From Eledone cirrhosa (taxonomy: Eukaryota), in assembly GCA_964016885.1 (NCBI GenBank), contig OZ024744.1, positions 121,830,001 through 121,894,000 on the forward strand: DNA of 64,000 bases, read 5' to 3'. The position numbers and the translations under genes were made by a program. Each line of letters begins with the position of its first letter. Positions within the stretch are counted from its first letter, which is position 1. Positions 15,301 through 31,140 of this stretch are shown here, piece by piece. The notes beneath the pieces are model-generated. The model had not been told where the DNA came from. It saw only the letters and a list, made by a program, of their open reading frames with translations, and made no database searches.

Positions 15301-18300
15301 AACCATCTCACACTATCTCTCTTCACAACATCCATCACTACCTCTATTCCTATCACACAGTCACTTTTATACTTCCTCAACACAGGATCCAACCATCTCA
15401 CACTATCTCTCTTCACAACATCCATCACTACCTCTGTTCCTCTCACCCAGTCACATTCATACATCCTCAACACATGACCCATACATCTCAAACTATCTCT
15501 CTTCACAACATCCATCACTACCTCAATTTTTCTCACCCAGTCACTTTTATCCTTCCTCAACACATGACCTAACCATCTCACACTATCTCTCTTCACAACA
15601 TCCATCACTACCTCTATTCTTCTCACCCAGTCACTTTTATCCTTCCTCAACACATGACCCAACCATCTCACACTATCTCTCATCACAACAACCATCACTA
15701 CCTCTATTCCTCTCACCCAGTTACTTTTATCCTTCCTCAACACATGACCCAACCATCTCACACTATCTCTCTTCACAACATCCATCATTACTTCTGTTCC
15801 TCTCATCCAGTGACTTTCATAATTCCTCAACACATGACCTAACCATCTCACACTATCTCTCTTCAAAACATCCATCACTACCACTATTCCTCTCACCCAG
15901 TCACTTTTATCCCTCCTCAACACATGACCCAACCATCTCACACTATCTCTCTTCACAACATCCATCACTACCTCTATTCCTCTCACCCAGTCACTTTCAT
16001 ACTTCCTCAACACATGACCCAACCATCTCACACTATCTCTCTTCACAACATCCATCACTACCTCTATTCCTCTAACCCAGTTACTTTTATCCTTCCTCAA
16101 CACATGACCCAACAATCTCACACTATCTCTCTTCACAACATCCATTATTACCTCTGTTCCTCTCACCCAGTCACTTTCATACTTCCTCAACACATGACCC
16201 AACCATCTCACACTATCTCTCTTCACAACATCCATCACTACCTCAATTTCTCTCACACAGTCACTTTTATCCTTCCTCAACACATGACCCAACCATCTCA
16301 CACTATCTCTCTTCACAACATCCATCACTACCTCTATTCCTCTCACCCAGTCACTTTCATACTTCCTCAACACATGAGCCAACCATCTAACACTATCTCT
16401 CTTCACAACATCCATCACTACCTCTATTCCTCTCACCCAGTCACTTTTATCCCTCCTCAACACATGACCCAACCATCTCACACTATCTCTCTTCACAACA
16501 TCCATCACTACCTCTATTGCTCTTACCCAGTCACTTTCATACTTCCTGAACACATGACCCAACCATCTCACACTATCTCTCTTCACAACATCCATCACTA
16601 CCTCTATTCCTCTCACCCAGTCACTTTTAACCTTCCTCAAAACATGACCCAACCATCTCACACTATCTCTCTTCACAACATCCATCACTACCTCTATTCC
16701 TATCACACAGTCACTTTTATACTTCCTCAACACAGGACCCAACCATCTCACACTATCCCTCTTCACAACATCCATCACTACCTCTGTTCCTCTCACCCAG
16801 TCACATTCATACATCCTCAACACATGACCCACACATCTCAAACTATCTCTCTTCACAACATCCATCACTACCTCAATTTCTCTCACCCAGTCACTTTTAT
16901 CCTTCCTCAACACATGACCCAACCATCTCACACTATCTCTCTTCACAACATCCATCACTACATCTATTCCTCTCACACTGTCACTTTCATACTTCCTCAA
17001 CACATGACCCAACCATCTCACACTATCTCTCTTCATAACATACATCACTACCTCTATTCCTCTCACCCAGTCACTTTTATCCTTCCTCAACACATGACCT
17101 AACCATCTCACACTATCTCTCTTCACAACATCCATCACTACCTCCATTCCTCTCAGCCAGTCACTTTTATCCTTCCTCAACACATGAACCAACCATCTCA
17201 CACTATCTCTCTTCACAACATCCATCACTGCCTCTATTCCTCTCACCCAGTCACATTCTAACTTCTTCAACACATGACCCAACCATCTCACACTATCTCT
17301 CTTCACAACATCCATCACTACCTCTATTCCTCTCACACAGTAACATTCATACTGCCTCAACACATGACCCAACCATCTCACACTATCTCTCTTCACAACA
17401 TCCATCACTACTTCTATTCCTCTCACCCAGTCACTTTTATCCTTCCTCAACACATGACCCAACCATCTCACACTATCTCTCTTCACAACAACCATCACTA
17501 CCTCTATTCCTCTAACCCAGTTACTTTTATCCTTCCTCAACACATGACCCAACAATCTCACACTATCTCTCTTCACAACATCCATTATTACCTCTGTTCC
17601 TCTCACCCAGTCACTTTCATACTTCCTGAACACATGACCCAACCATCTCACACTATCTCTCTTCACAACATCCATCACTACCTCAATTTCTCTCACCCAG
17701 TCACTTTTATCCTTCCTCAACACATGACCCAACCATCTCACACTATCTCTCTTCACAACATCCATCACTACCTCTATTCCTCTCACCCAGTCACTTTCAT
17801 ACTTCCTCAACACATGAGCCAACCATCTAACACTATCTCTCTTCACAACATCCATCACTACCTCTATTCCTCTCACCCAGTCACTTTTATCCCTCCTCAA
17901 CACATGACCCAACCATCTCACACTATCTCTCTTCACAACATCCATCACTACCTCTATTGCTCTTACCCAGTCACTTTCATACTTCCTGAACACATGACCC
18001 AACCATCTCACACTATCTCTCTTCACAACATCCATCACTACCTCTATTCCTCTCACCCAGTCACTTTTAACCTTCCTCAAAACATGACCCAACCATCTCA
18101 CACTATCTCTCTTCACAACATCCATCACTACCTCTATTCCTATCACACAGTCACTTTTATACTTCCTCAACACAGGATCCAACCATCTCACACTATCTCT
18201 CTTCACAACATCCATCACTACCTCTGTTCCTCTCACCCAGTCACATTCATACATCCTCAACACATGACCCATACATCTCAAACTATCTCTCTTCACAACA

Positions 18301-18926
18301 TCCATCACTACCTCAATTTTTCTCACCCAGTCACTTTTATCCTTCCTCAACACATGACCTAACCATCTCACACTATCTCTCTTCACAACATCCATCACTA
18401 CCTCTATTCTTCTCACCCAGTCACTTTTATCCTTCCTCAACACATGACCCAACCATCTCACACTATCTCTCATCACAACAACCATCACTACCTCTATTCC
18501 TCTCACCCAGTTACTTTTATCCTTCCTCAACACATGACCCAACCATCTCACACTATCTCTCTTCACAACATCCATCATTACTTCTGTTCCTCTCATCCAG
18601 TGACTTTCATACTTCCTCAACACATGACCTAACCATCTCACACTATCTCTCTTCAAAACATCCATCACTACCACTATTCCTCTCACCCAGTCACTTTTAT
18701 CCCTCCTCAACACATGACCCAACCATCTCACACTATCTCTCTTCATAACATCCATCACTACCTCTATTCCTCTCACCCAGTCACTTTCATACTTCCTCAA
18801 CACATGACCCAACCATCTCACACTATCTCTCTTCACAACATCCATCACTACCTCTGTTCCTCTCACCCAGTCACATTTATCCTTCCTCAACACATGACCC
18901 AACCATCTAACACTATCTCTCTTCAC
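12342..18926 (-). other. Longest indel- and stop-free run of the RTE-like frame (2194 codons, 73 monomers); probably not a real CDS
   Basis: ORF track entry. It begins and ends at the recurrent +1 variant ACAACATTTCA and has no unique N- or C-terminus. Confidence 0.6.
13141..18780. repeat. Nested higher-order repeat: 15-17-monomer units within a 31-32-monomer (2790/2880 bp) duplication
   Basis: The variant TTTTAACCTTCCTCAAAACATG has its AACATG at 13761, 15291, 16641 and 18081 (spacings 1530, 1350, 1440). GGATCC at 15385 and 18175 and TAACATTCAT at 14551 and 17341 are both 2790 apart. CACTATCCCT at 13871 and 16751 is 2880 apart. Confidence 0.9.
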
Positions 18927-21900
18927 AACATTTCATCACTACCTTCATTCCTCTCAGCCAGTCACTTTTATCCTTCCTCAACACATGACCCACCATCTCA
19001 CACTATCTCTCTTCACAACATCCATCACTACCTCTATTCCTCTCACCCAGTCACTTTCATACTTCCTCAACACATGAGCCAACCATCTCACACTATCTCT
19101 CTTCACAACATCCATCACTACCTCTATTCCTCTCACCCAGTCACTTTTATCCTTCCTCAACACATTACCCAACCATCCCACACTATCTCTCTTCACAACA
19201 TCCATCACTACCTCTATTGCTCTTACCCACTCACTTTCATACTTCCTGAACACATGACCCAACCATCTCACACTATCTCTCTTCACAACATCCATCACTA
19301 CCTCTATTCGTCTCACCCAGTCACTTTTAACCTTCCTCAACACATGACCCAACCATCTCACACTATCTCTCTTCACAACATCCATCACTACCTCTATTCC
19401 TATCACACAGTCACTTTTATACTTCCTCAACACAGGACCTAACCATCTCACACTATCTCTCTTCACAACATCCATCACTACCTCTGTTCCTCTCACCCAG
19501 TCACATTCATACATCCTCAACACATGACCCACACATCTCAAACTATCTCTCTTCACAAGATCCATCACTACCTCTATTCCTCTCACCCAGTCACTTTCAT
19601 ACTTCCTCAACACATGACCCAACCATCCCACACTATCTCTCTTCACAACATCCATCACTACCTCAATTTCTCTCACCCTGTCACTTTTATCCTTCCTCAA
19701 CACATGACCCAACCATCTCACACTATCTCTCTTCACAACATCCATCACTACCTCTATTCTTCTCACCCAGTCACTTTTATCCTTCCTCAACACATGACCC
19801 AACCATCTCACACTATCTCTCATCACAACAACCATCACTACCTCTATTCCTCTCACCCAGTTACTTTTATCCTTCCTCAACACATGACCCAACCATCTCA
19901 CACTATCTCTCTTCACAACATCCATCATTACTTCTGTTCCTCTCATCCAGTGACTTTCACACTTCCTCAACACATGACCTAACCATCTCACACTATCTCT
20001 CTTCACAACATCCATCACTACCACTATTCCTCTCACCCAGTCACTTTTATCCCTCCTCAACACATGACCCAACCATCTCACACTATCTCTCTTCACAACA
20101 TCCATCACTACCTCTATTCCTCTCACCCAGTCACTTTCATACTTCCTCAACACATGACCCAACCATCTCACACTATCTCTCTTCACAACATCCATCACTA
20201 CATCTGTTCCTCTCACCCAGTAACTTTTATCCTTCCTCAACACATGACCCAACCATCTAACACTATCTCTCTTCACAACATTTCATCACTACCTTCATTC
20301 CTCTCAGCCAGTAACTTTTATCCTTCCTCAACACATGACCCAACCATCTCACACTATCTCTCTTCACAACATCCATCACTACCTCTATTCCTCTCACCCA
20401 GTCACTTTCATACTTCCTCAACACATGACCCAACCATCTCACACTATCTCTCTTCACAACATCCATCACTACCTCTATTCCTCTCACCCAGTCACTTTTA
20501 TCCTTCCTCAACACATGACCCAACCATCTCACACTATCTCTCTTCACAACATCCATCACTACCTCTATTCCTCTCAGCCAGTCACATTTATCCTTCCTCA
20601 ACACATGACCCAACCATCTCACACTATCTCTCTTCACAACATACATCACTACCTCTATTCCTCTCACCCAGTCACTTTCATACTTCCTCAACACATGACC
20701 CAACCATCTCACACTATCTCTCTTCACAACATCCATCACTACCTCTGTTCCTCTCACCCAGTCACTTTTATCCTTCCTCAACACATGACCCAACCATTCT
20801 CACACTATCTATCTTCACAACATCCATCACTACATCTATTCCTCTCACCCAGTCACTTTTATACTTTTTCAACACATGACCCAACCATCTCACACTATCT
20901 CTCTTCACAACATCCATCACTACATCTATTCCTCTCACACTGTCACTTTCATACTTCCTCAACACATGACCCAACCATCTCACACTATCTCTCTTCACAA
21001 CATACATCACTACCTCTATTCCTCTCACCCAGTCAATTTTATCCTTCCTCAACACATGACCTAACCATCTCACACTATCTCTCTTCACAACATCCATCAC
21101 TACCTCCATTCCTCTCAGCCAGTCACTTTTATCCTTCCTCAACACATGAACCAACCATCTCACACTATCTCTCATCACAACAACCATCACTACCTCTATT
21201 CCTCTCACCCAGTTACTTTTATCCTTCCTCAACACATGACCCAGCCATCTCACAATATCTCTCTTCACAACATCCATCATTACTTCTGTTCCTCTCATCC
21301 AGTCACTTTCATACTTCCTCAACACATGACCCAACCATCTCACACTATCTCTATTCACAACATCCATCACTACCTCTATTCCTCTCACCCAGTCACTTTC
21401 ATACTTCCTCAACACATGACCCAACCATCTCACACTATCTCTCTTCACAACATCCATCACTACCTCTGTTCCTCTCACCCAGTCACTTTTATCCTTCCTC
21501 AACACATGACCCAACCATCTCACACAACTCTCTTCACAACATCCATCACTACCTCTATTCCTCTCACCCAGTCACTTTCATACTTTCTCAACACATGAGC
21601 CAACCATCTCACACTATCTCTCTTCACAACATCCATCACTACCTCTATTCCTCTCACCCAGTCACTTTTATCCTTCCTCAACACATGACCCAACCATCTC
21701 ACACTATCTCTCTTCACAACATCCATCACTACCTCTATTCCTCTCACCCAGTCACTTTCATACTTCCACAACACATGACCAACCATCTCACATTATCTCT
21801 CTTCACAACACCCATCACTACCTCTATTCCTCTCACCCAGTCACTTTTATCCTTCCTCAACACATGACCCAACCATCTCACACTATCTCTCTTCACAACA

Positions 21901-23559
21901 TCCATTATTACCTCTGTTCCTCTCACCCAGTCACTTTCATACTTCCTCAACACATGACCCAACCATCTCACACTATCTCTCTTCACGACATCCATCACTA
22001 CCTCTGTTCCTCTCACCCAGTCACTTTCATACTTCCTCAACACATGAACCAACCATCTCACACTATCTCTCTTCACAACATTTCATCACTACCTCTATTC
22101 CTCTCACCCAGTCACTTTCATACTTCCTCAACACATGACCCAACCATCTCACACTATCTCTCTTCACAACATTTCATCACTACCTCTATTCCTCTCACCC
22201 AGTCACTTTCATACTTCCTCAACACATGACCCAACCATCTCACACTATCTCTCTTCACAACATCCATCTCTACCTCTATTCCTCTCACCCAGTTACCTTT
22301 ATCCTTCCTCAACACATGACCCAACCATCTCACACTATCTCTCTTCACAACATCCATCATTACCTCTGTTCCTCTCACCCAGTCACTTTCATACTTCCTC
22401 AACACATGACCCAACCATCTCACACTATCTCTTTTCACAAGATCCATCACTACTTCTATTCCTCTCACCCAGTCACTTTTATCCTTCCTCAACACATGAC
22501 CCAACCATCTCACACTATCTCTCTTCACAACATCCATCACTACCTCTATTCCTCTCAGCCAGTCACATTTATCCTTCCTCAACACATGACCCAACCATCT
22601 CACACTATCTCTCTTCACAACATCCATCACTACCTCTATTCCTCTCAGCCAGTCACTTTTATCCTTCCTCAACACATGACCCAACCATTCTCACACTATC
22701 TATCTTCACAACATCCATCACTACATCTATTCCTCTCACCCAGTCACTTTTATACTTTTTCAACACATGACCCAACCATCTCACACTATCTCTCTTCACA
22801 ACATCCATCACTACATCTATTCCTCTCACACTGTCACTTTCATAATTCCTCAACACATGACCCAACCATCTCACACTATCTCTCTTCACAACATACATCA
22901 CTACCTCTATTCCTCTCACCCAGTCACTTTTATCCTTCCTCAACACATGACCTAACCATCTCACACTATCTCTCTTCACAACATCCATCACTACCTCCAT
23001 TCCTCTCAGCCAGTCACTTTTATCCTTCCTCAACACATGAACCAACCATCTCACACTATCTCTCTTCACAACATCCATCACTGCCTCTATTCGTCTCACC
23101 CAGTCACATTCTAACTTCTTCAACACATGACCCAACCATCTCACACTATCTCTCTTCACAACATCCATCACTACCTCTATTCCTCTCACAGTCACATTCA
23201 TACTGCCTCAACACATGACCCAACCATCTCACACTATCTCTCTTCACAACATCCATCACTACTTCTATTCCTCTCACACTGTCACTTTTATCCTTCCTCA
23301 ACACATGACCCAACCATCTCACACTATCTCTCTTCACAACAACCATCACTACCTCTATTCATCTAACCCAGTTACTTTTATCCTTCCTCAACACATGACC
23401 CAACAATCTCACACTATCTCTCTTCACAACATCCATTATTACCTCTGTTCCTCTCACCCAGTCACTTTCATACTTCCTCAACACATGACCCAACCATCTC
23501 ACACTATCTCTCTTCACAACATCCATCACTACCTCAATTTCTCTCACCCAGTCACTTTT

Positions 23560-26500
23560 ATCCTTCCCCAACACATGACCCAACCATCTCACACTATCTC
23601 TCTTCACAACATCCATCACTACCTCTATTCCTCTCACCCAGTCACTTTCATACTTCCTCAACACATGAGCCAACCATCTAACACTATCTCTCTTCACAAC
23701 ATCCATCACTACCTCTATTCCTCTCACCCAGTCACTTTTATCCCTCCTCAACACATGACCCAACCATCTCACACTATCTCTCTTCACAACATCCATCACT
23801 ACCTCTATTGCTCTTACCCAGTCACTTTCATACTTCCTGAACACATGACCCAACCATCTCACACTATCTCTCTTCACAACATCCATCTCTACCTCTATTC
23901 CTCTCACCCAGTCACTTTTAACCTTCCTCAAAACATGACCCAACCATCTCACACTATCTCTCTTCACAACATCCATCACTACCTCTATTCCTATCACACA
24001 GTCACTTTTATACTTCCTCAACACAGGACCCAACCATCTCACACTATCTCTCTTCACAACATCCATCACTACCTCTGTTCCTCTCACCCAGTCACATTCA
24101 TACATCCTCAACACATGACCCACACATCTCAAACTATCTCTCTTCACAACATCCATCACTACCTCTATTCTTCTCACCCAGTCACTTTTATCCTTCCTCA
24201 ACACATGACCCAACCATCTCACACTATCTCTCTTCACAACATCCATCACTACCTCTATTCTTCTCACCCAGTCACTTTTATCCTTCCTCAACACATGACC
24301 CAACCATCTCACACTATCTCTCATCACAACAACCATCACTACCTCTATTCCTCTCACCCAGTTACTTTTATCCTTCCTCAACACATGACCCAACCATCTC
24401 ACACTATCTCTCTTCACAACATCCATCATTACTTCTGTTCCTCTCATCCAGTGACTTTCATACTTCCTCAACACATGACCTAACCATCTCACACTATCTC
24501 TCTTCAAAACATCCATCACTACCACTATTCCTCTCACCCAGTCACTTTTCTCCCTCCTCAACACATGACCCAACCATCTCGCACTATCTCTCTTCACAAC
24601 ATCCATCACTACCTCTATTCCTCTCACCCAGTCACTTTCATACTTCCTCAACACATGACCCAACCATCTCACACTATCTCTCTTCACAACATCCATCACT
24701 ACCTCTATTCCTCTCACCCAGTCACTTTCATACTTCCTCAACACATGACCCAACCATCTCACACTATCTCTCTTCACAACATCCATCACTACCTCTGTTC
24801 CTCTCACCCAGTCACTTTTGTCCTTCCTCAACACATGACCCAACCATCTAACACTATCTCTCTTCACAACATTTCATCACTACCTTCATTCCTCTCAGCC
24901 AGTCACTTTTATCCTTCCTCAACACATGACCCACCATCTCACACTATCTCTCTTCACAACATCCATCACTACCTCTATTCCTCTCACCCAGTCACTTTCA
25001 TACTTCCTCAACACATGAGCCAACCATCTCACACTATCTCTCTTCACAACATCCATCACTACCTCTATTCCTATCACACAGTCACTTTTATACTTCCTCA
25101 ACACAGGACCTAACCATCTCACACTATCTCTCTTCACAACATCCATCACTACCTCTGTTCCTCTCACCCAGTCACATTCATACTTCCTCAACACATGACC
25201 CAACCATCCCACACTATCTCTCTTCACCACATACATCACTACCTCTATTCCTCTCACCCAGGCACTTTCATACTTCCTCAACACATGACCCAACCATCTC
25301 ACACTATCTCTCTTCACAACATCCATCACCACCTCTGCTCCTCTCACCCAGTCACTTTTATCCTGCCTCAACACATGACCCAACCATCTCACACTATCTC
25401 TCTTCACAACATCCATCACTACCTCAATTTCTCTCACCCAGTCACTTTTATCCTTCCTCAACACATGACCCAACCATCTCACACTATCTCTCTTCACAAC
25501 ATCCATCACTACCTCTATTCTTCTCACCCAGTCACTTTTATCCTTCCTCAACACATGACCCAACCATCTCACACTATCTCTCATCACAACAACCATCACT
25601 ACCTCTATTCCTCTCACCCAGTTACTTTTATCCTTCCTCAACACATGACCCAACCATCTCACACTATCTCTCTTCACAACATCCATCATTACTTCTGTTC
25701 CTCTCATCCAGTGACTTTCATACTTCCTCAACACATGACCTAACCATCTCACACTATCTCTCTTCACAACATCCATCACTACCACTATTCCTCTCACCCA
25801 GTCACTTTTATCCCTCCTCAACACATGACCCAACCATCTCACACTATCTCTCTTCACAACATCCATCACTACCTCTATTCCTCTCACCCAGTCACTTTCA
25901 TACTTCCTCAACACATGACCCAACCATCTCACACTATCTCTCTTCACAACATCCATCACTACATCTGTTCCTCTCACCCAGTAACTTTTATCCTTCCTCA
26001 ACACATGACCCAACCATCTAACACTATATCTCTTCACAACATTTCATCACTACCTTCATTCCTCTCAGCTAGTAACTTTTATCCTTCCTCAACACATGAC
26101 CCAACCATCTCACACTATCTCTCTTCACAACATCCACCACTACCTCTATTCCTCTCACCCAGTCACTTTCATACTTCCTCAACACATGAGCCAACCATCT
26201 CACACTATCTCTCTTCACAACATCCATCACTACCTCTATTCCTCTCACCCAGTCACTTTTATCCTTCCTCAACACATGACCCAACCATCCCACACTATCT
26301 CTCTTTACAACATCCATCACTACCTCTATTGCTCTTACCCACTCACTTTCATACTTCCTGAACACATGACCCAACCATCTCACACTATCTCTCTTCACAA
26401 CATCCATCACTACCTCTATTCCTCTCACCCAGTCACTTTTAACCTTCCTCAACACATGACCCAACCATCTCACACTATCTCTCTTCACAACATCCATCAC

Positions 26501-29500
26501 TACCACAATTCCTCTCACCCAGTCACTTTTATCCCTCCTCAACACATGACCCAACCATCTCACACTATCTCTCTTCACAACATCCATCACTACCTCTATT
26601 CCTCTCACCCAGTCACTTTCATACTTCCTCAACACATGACCCAACCATCTCACACTATCTCTCTTCACAACATCCATCACTACATCTGTTCCTCTCACCC
26701 AGTAACTTTTATCCTTCCTCAACACATGACCCAACCATCCCACACTATCTCTCTTTACAACATCCATCACTACCTCTATTGCTCTTACCCACTCACTTTC
26801 ATACTTCCTGAACACATGACCCAACCATCTCACACTATCTCTCTTCACAACATCCATCACTACCTCTATTCCTCTCACCCAGTCACTTTTAACCTTCCTC
26901 AACACATGACCCAACCATCTCACACTATCTCTCTTCACAACATCCATCACTACCACAATTCCTCTCACCCAGTCACTTTTATCCCTCCTCAACACATGAC
27001 CCAACCATCTCACACTATCTCTCTTCACAACATCCATCACTACCTCTATTCCTCTCACCCAGTCACTTTTATCCTTCCCCAACACATGACCCAACCATCT
27101 CACACTATCTCTCTTCACAACATCCATCACTACCTCTATTCCTCTCACCCAGTCACTTTCATACTTCCTCAACACATGAGCCAACCATCTAACACTATCT
27201 CTCTTCACAACATCCATCACTACCTCTATTCCTCTCACCCAGTCACTTTTATCCCTCCTCAACACATGACCCAACCATCTCACACTATCTCTCTTCACAA
27301 CATCCATCACTACCTCTATTGCTCTTACCCAGTCACTTTCATACTTCCTGAACACATGACCCAACCATCTCACACTATCTCTCTTCACAACATCCATCTC
27401 TACCTCTATTCCTCTCACCCAGTCACTTTTAACCTTCCTCAAAACATGACCCAACCATCTCACACTATCTCTCTTCACAACATCCATCACTACCTCTATT
27501 CCTATCACACAGTCACTTTTATACTTCCTCAACACAGGACCCAACCATCTCACACTATCTCTCTTCACAACATCCATCACTACCTCTGTTCCTCTCACCC
27601 AGTCACATTCATACATCCTCAACACATGACCCACACATCTCAAACTATCTCTCTTCACAACATCCATCACTACCTCTATTCTTCTCACCCAGTCACTTTT
27701 ATCCTTCCTCAACACATGACCCAACCATCTCACACTATCTCTCTTCACAACATCCATCACTACCTCTATTCTTCTCACCCAGTCACTTTTATCCTTCCTC
27801 AACACATGACCCAACCATCTCACACTATCTCTCATCACAACAACCATCACTACCTCTATTCCTCTCACCCAGTTACTTTTATCCTTCCTCAACACATGAC
27901 CCAACCATCTCACACTATCTCTCTTCACAACATCCATCATTACTTCTGTTCCTCTCATCCAGTGACTTTCATACTTCCTCAACACATGACCTAACCATCT
28001 CACACTATCTCTCTTCAAAACATCCATCACTACCACTATTCCTCTCACCCAGTCACTTTTCTCCCTCCTCAACACATGACCCAACCATCTCGCACTATCT
28101 CTCTTCACAACATCCATCACTACCTCTATTCCTCTCACCCAGTCACTTTCATACTTCCTCAACACATGACCCAACCATCTCACACTATCTCTCTTCACAA
28201 CATCCATCACTACCTCTATTCCTCTCACCCAGTCACTTTCATACTTCCTCAACACATGACCCAACCATCTCACACTATCTCTCTTCACAACATCCATCAC
28301 TACCTCTGTTCCTCTCACCCAGTCACTTTTGTCCTTCCTCAACACATGACCCAACCATCTAACACTATCTCTCTTCACAACATTTCATCACTACCTTCAT
28401 TCCTCTCAGCCAGTCACTTTTATCCTTCCTCAACACATGACCCACCATCTCACACTATCTCTCTTCACAACATCCATCACTACCTCTATTCCTCTCACCC
28501 AGTCACTTTCATACTTCCTCAACACATGAGCCAACCATCTCACACTATCTCTCTTCACAACATCCATCACTACCTCTATTCCTCTCACCCAGTCACTTTT
28601 AACCTTCCTCAACACATGACCCAACCATCTCACACTATCTCTCTTCACAACATCCATCACTACCTCTATTCCTATCACACAGTCACTTTTATACTTCCTC
28701 AACACAGGACCTAACCATCTCACACTATCTCTCTTCACAACATCCATCACTACCTCTGTTCCTCTCACCCAGTCACATTCATACTTCCTCAACACATGAC
28801 CCAACCATCCCACACTATCTCTCTTCACCACATACATCACTACCTCTATTCCTCTCACCCAGGCACTTTCATACTTCCTCAACACATGACCCAACCATCT
28901 CACACTATCTCTCTTCACAACATCCATCACCACCTCTGCTCCTCTCACCCAGTCACTTTTATCCTGCCTCAACACATGACCCAACCATCTCACACTATCT
29001 CTCTTCACAACATCCATCACTACCTCAATTTCTCTCACCCAGTCACTTTTATCCTTCCTCAACACATGACCCAACCATCTCACACTATCTCTCTTCACAA
29101 CATCCATCACTACCTCTATTCTTCTCACCCAGTCACTTTTATCCTTCCTCAACACATGACCCAACCATCTCACACTATCTCTCATCACAACAACCATCAC
29201 TACCTCTATTCCTCTCACCCAGTTACTTTTATCCTTCCTCAACACATGACCCAACCATCTCACACTATCTCTCTTCACAACATCCATCATTACTTCTGTT
29301 CCTCTCATCCAGTGACTTTCATACTTCCTCAACACATGACCTAACCATCTCACACTATCTCTCTTCACAACATCCATCACTACCACTATTCCTCTCACCC
29401 AGTCACTTTTATCCCTCCTCAACACATGACCCAACCATCTCACACTATCTCTCTTCACAACATCCATCACTACCTCTATTCCTCTCACCCAGTCACTTTC

Positions 29501-30330
29501 ATACTTCCTCAACACATGACCCAACCATCTCACACTATCTCTCTTCACAACATCCATCACTACATCTGTTCCTCTCACCCAGTAACTTTTATCCTTCCTC
29601 AACACATGACCCAACCATCTAACACTATATCTCTTCACAACATTTCATCACTACCTTCATTCCTCTCAGCTAGTAACTTTTATCCTTCCTCAACACATGA
29701 CCCAACCATCTCACACTATCTCTCTTCACAACATCCACCACTACCTCTATTCCTCTCACCCAGTCACTTTCATACTTCCTCAACACATGAGCCAACCATC
29801 TCACACTATCTCTCTTCACAACATCCATCACTACCTCTATTCCTCTCACCCAGTCACTTTTATCCTTCCTCAACACATGACCCAACCATCCCACACTATC
29901 TCTCTTTACAACATCCATCACTACCTCTATTGCTCTTACCCACTCACTTTCATACTTCCTGAACACATGACCCAACCATCTCACACTATCTCTCTTCACA
30001 ACATCCATCACTACCTCTATTCCTCTCACCCAGTCACTTTTAACCTTCCTCAACACATGACCCAACCATCTCACACTATCTCTCTTCACAACATCCATCA
30101 CTACCACAATTCCTCTCACCCAGTCACTTTTATCCCTCCTCAACACATGACCCAACCATCTCACACTATCTCTCTTCACAACATCCATCACTACCTCTAT
30201 TCCTCTCACCCAGTCACTTTCATACTTCCTCAACACATGACCCAACCATCTCACTCTATCTCTCTTCACAACATCCATCACTACATCTGTTCCTCTCACC
30301 CAGTAACTTTTATCCTTCCTCAACACATGA
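23560..30330. repeat. Tandem duplication of a 39-40-monomer block (3511/3601 bp)
   Basis: TCCTTCCCCA at 23561 and 27072, and the G of CATCTCGCACT at 24581 and 28092, are 3511 apart. CCTCTCAGCTAGTAAC at 26061 and 29662 is 3601 apart, after one extra monomer near 28550-28640. An internal 450-bp duplication is marked by TACCACAATT at 26501 and 26951. Confidence 0.9.
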
Positions 30331-31140
30331 CCCAACCATCTAACACTATCTCTCTTCACAACATTTCATCACTACCTTCATTCCTCTCAGCCAGTAACTT
30401 TTATCCTTCCTCAACACATGACCCAACCATCTCACACTATCTCTCTTCACAACATCCATCACTACCTCTATTCCTCTCACCCAGTCACTTTTATCCTTCC
30501 TCAACACATGACCCAACCATCTCACACTATCTCTCTTCACAACATCCATCACTACATCTGTTCCTCTCACCCAGTAACTTTTATCCTTCCTCAACACATG
30601 ACCCAACCATCCCACACTATCTCTCTTCACAACATCCATCACTACCTCTATTGCTCTTACCCACTCACTTTCATACTTCCTGAACACATGACCCAACCAT
30701 CTCACACTATCTCTCTTCACAACATCCATCACTACCTCTATTCCTCTCACCCAGTCACTTTTAACCTTCCTCAACACATGACCCAACCATCTCACACTAT
30801 CTCTCTTCACAACATCCATCACTACCCCTATTCCTATCACACAGTCACTTTTATACTTCCTCAACACAGGACCTAACCATCTCACACTATCTCTCTTCAC
30901 AACATCCATCACTAACTCTGTTCCTCTCACCCAGTCACATTCATACATCCTCAACACATGACCCACACATCTCAAACTATCTCTCTTCACAAGATCCATC
31001 ACTACCTCTATTCCTCTCACCCAGTCACTTTCATACTTCCTCAACACATGACCCAACCATCTCACACTATCTCTCTTCACAACATCCATCACTACCTCTG
31101 CTCCTCTCACCCAGTCACTTTTATCCTGCCTCAACACATG

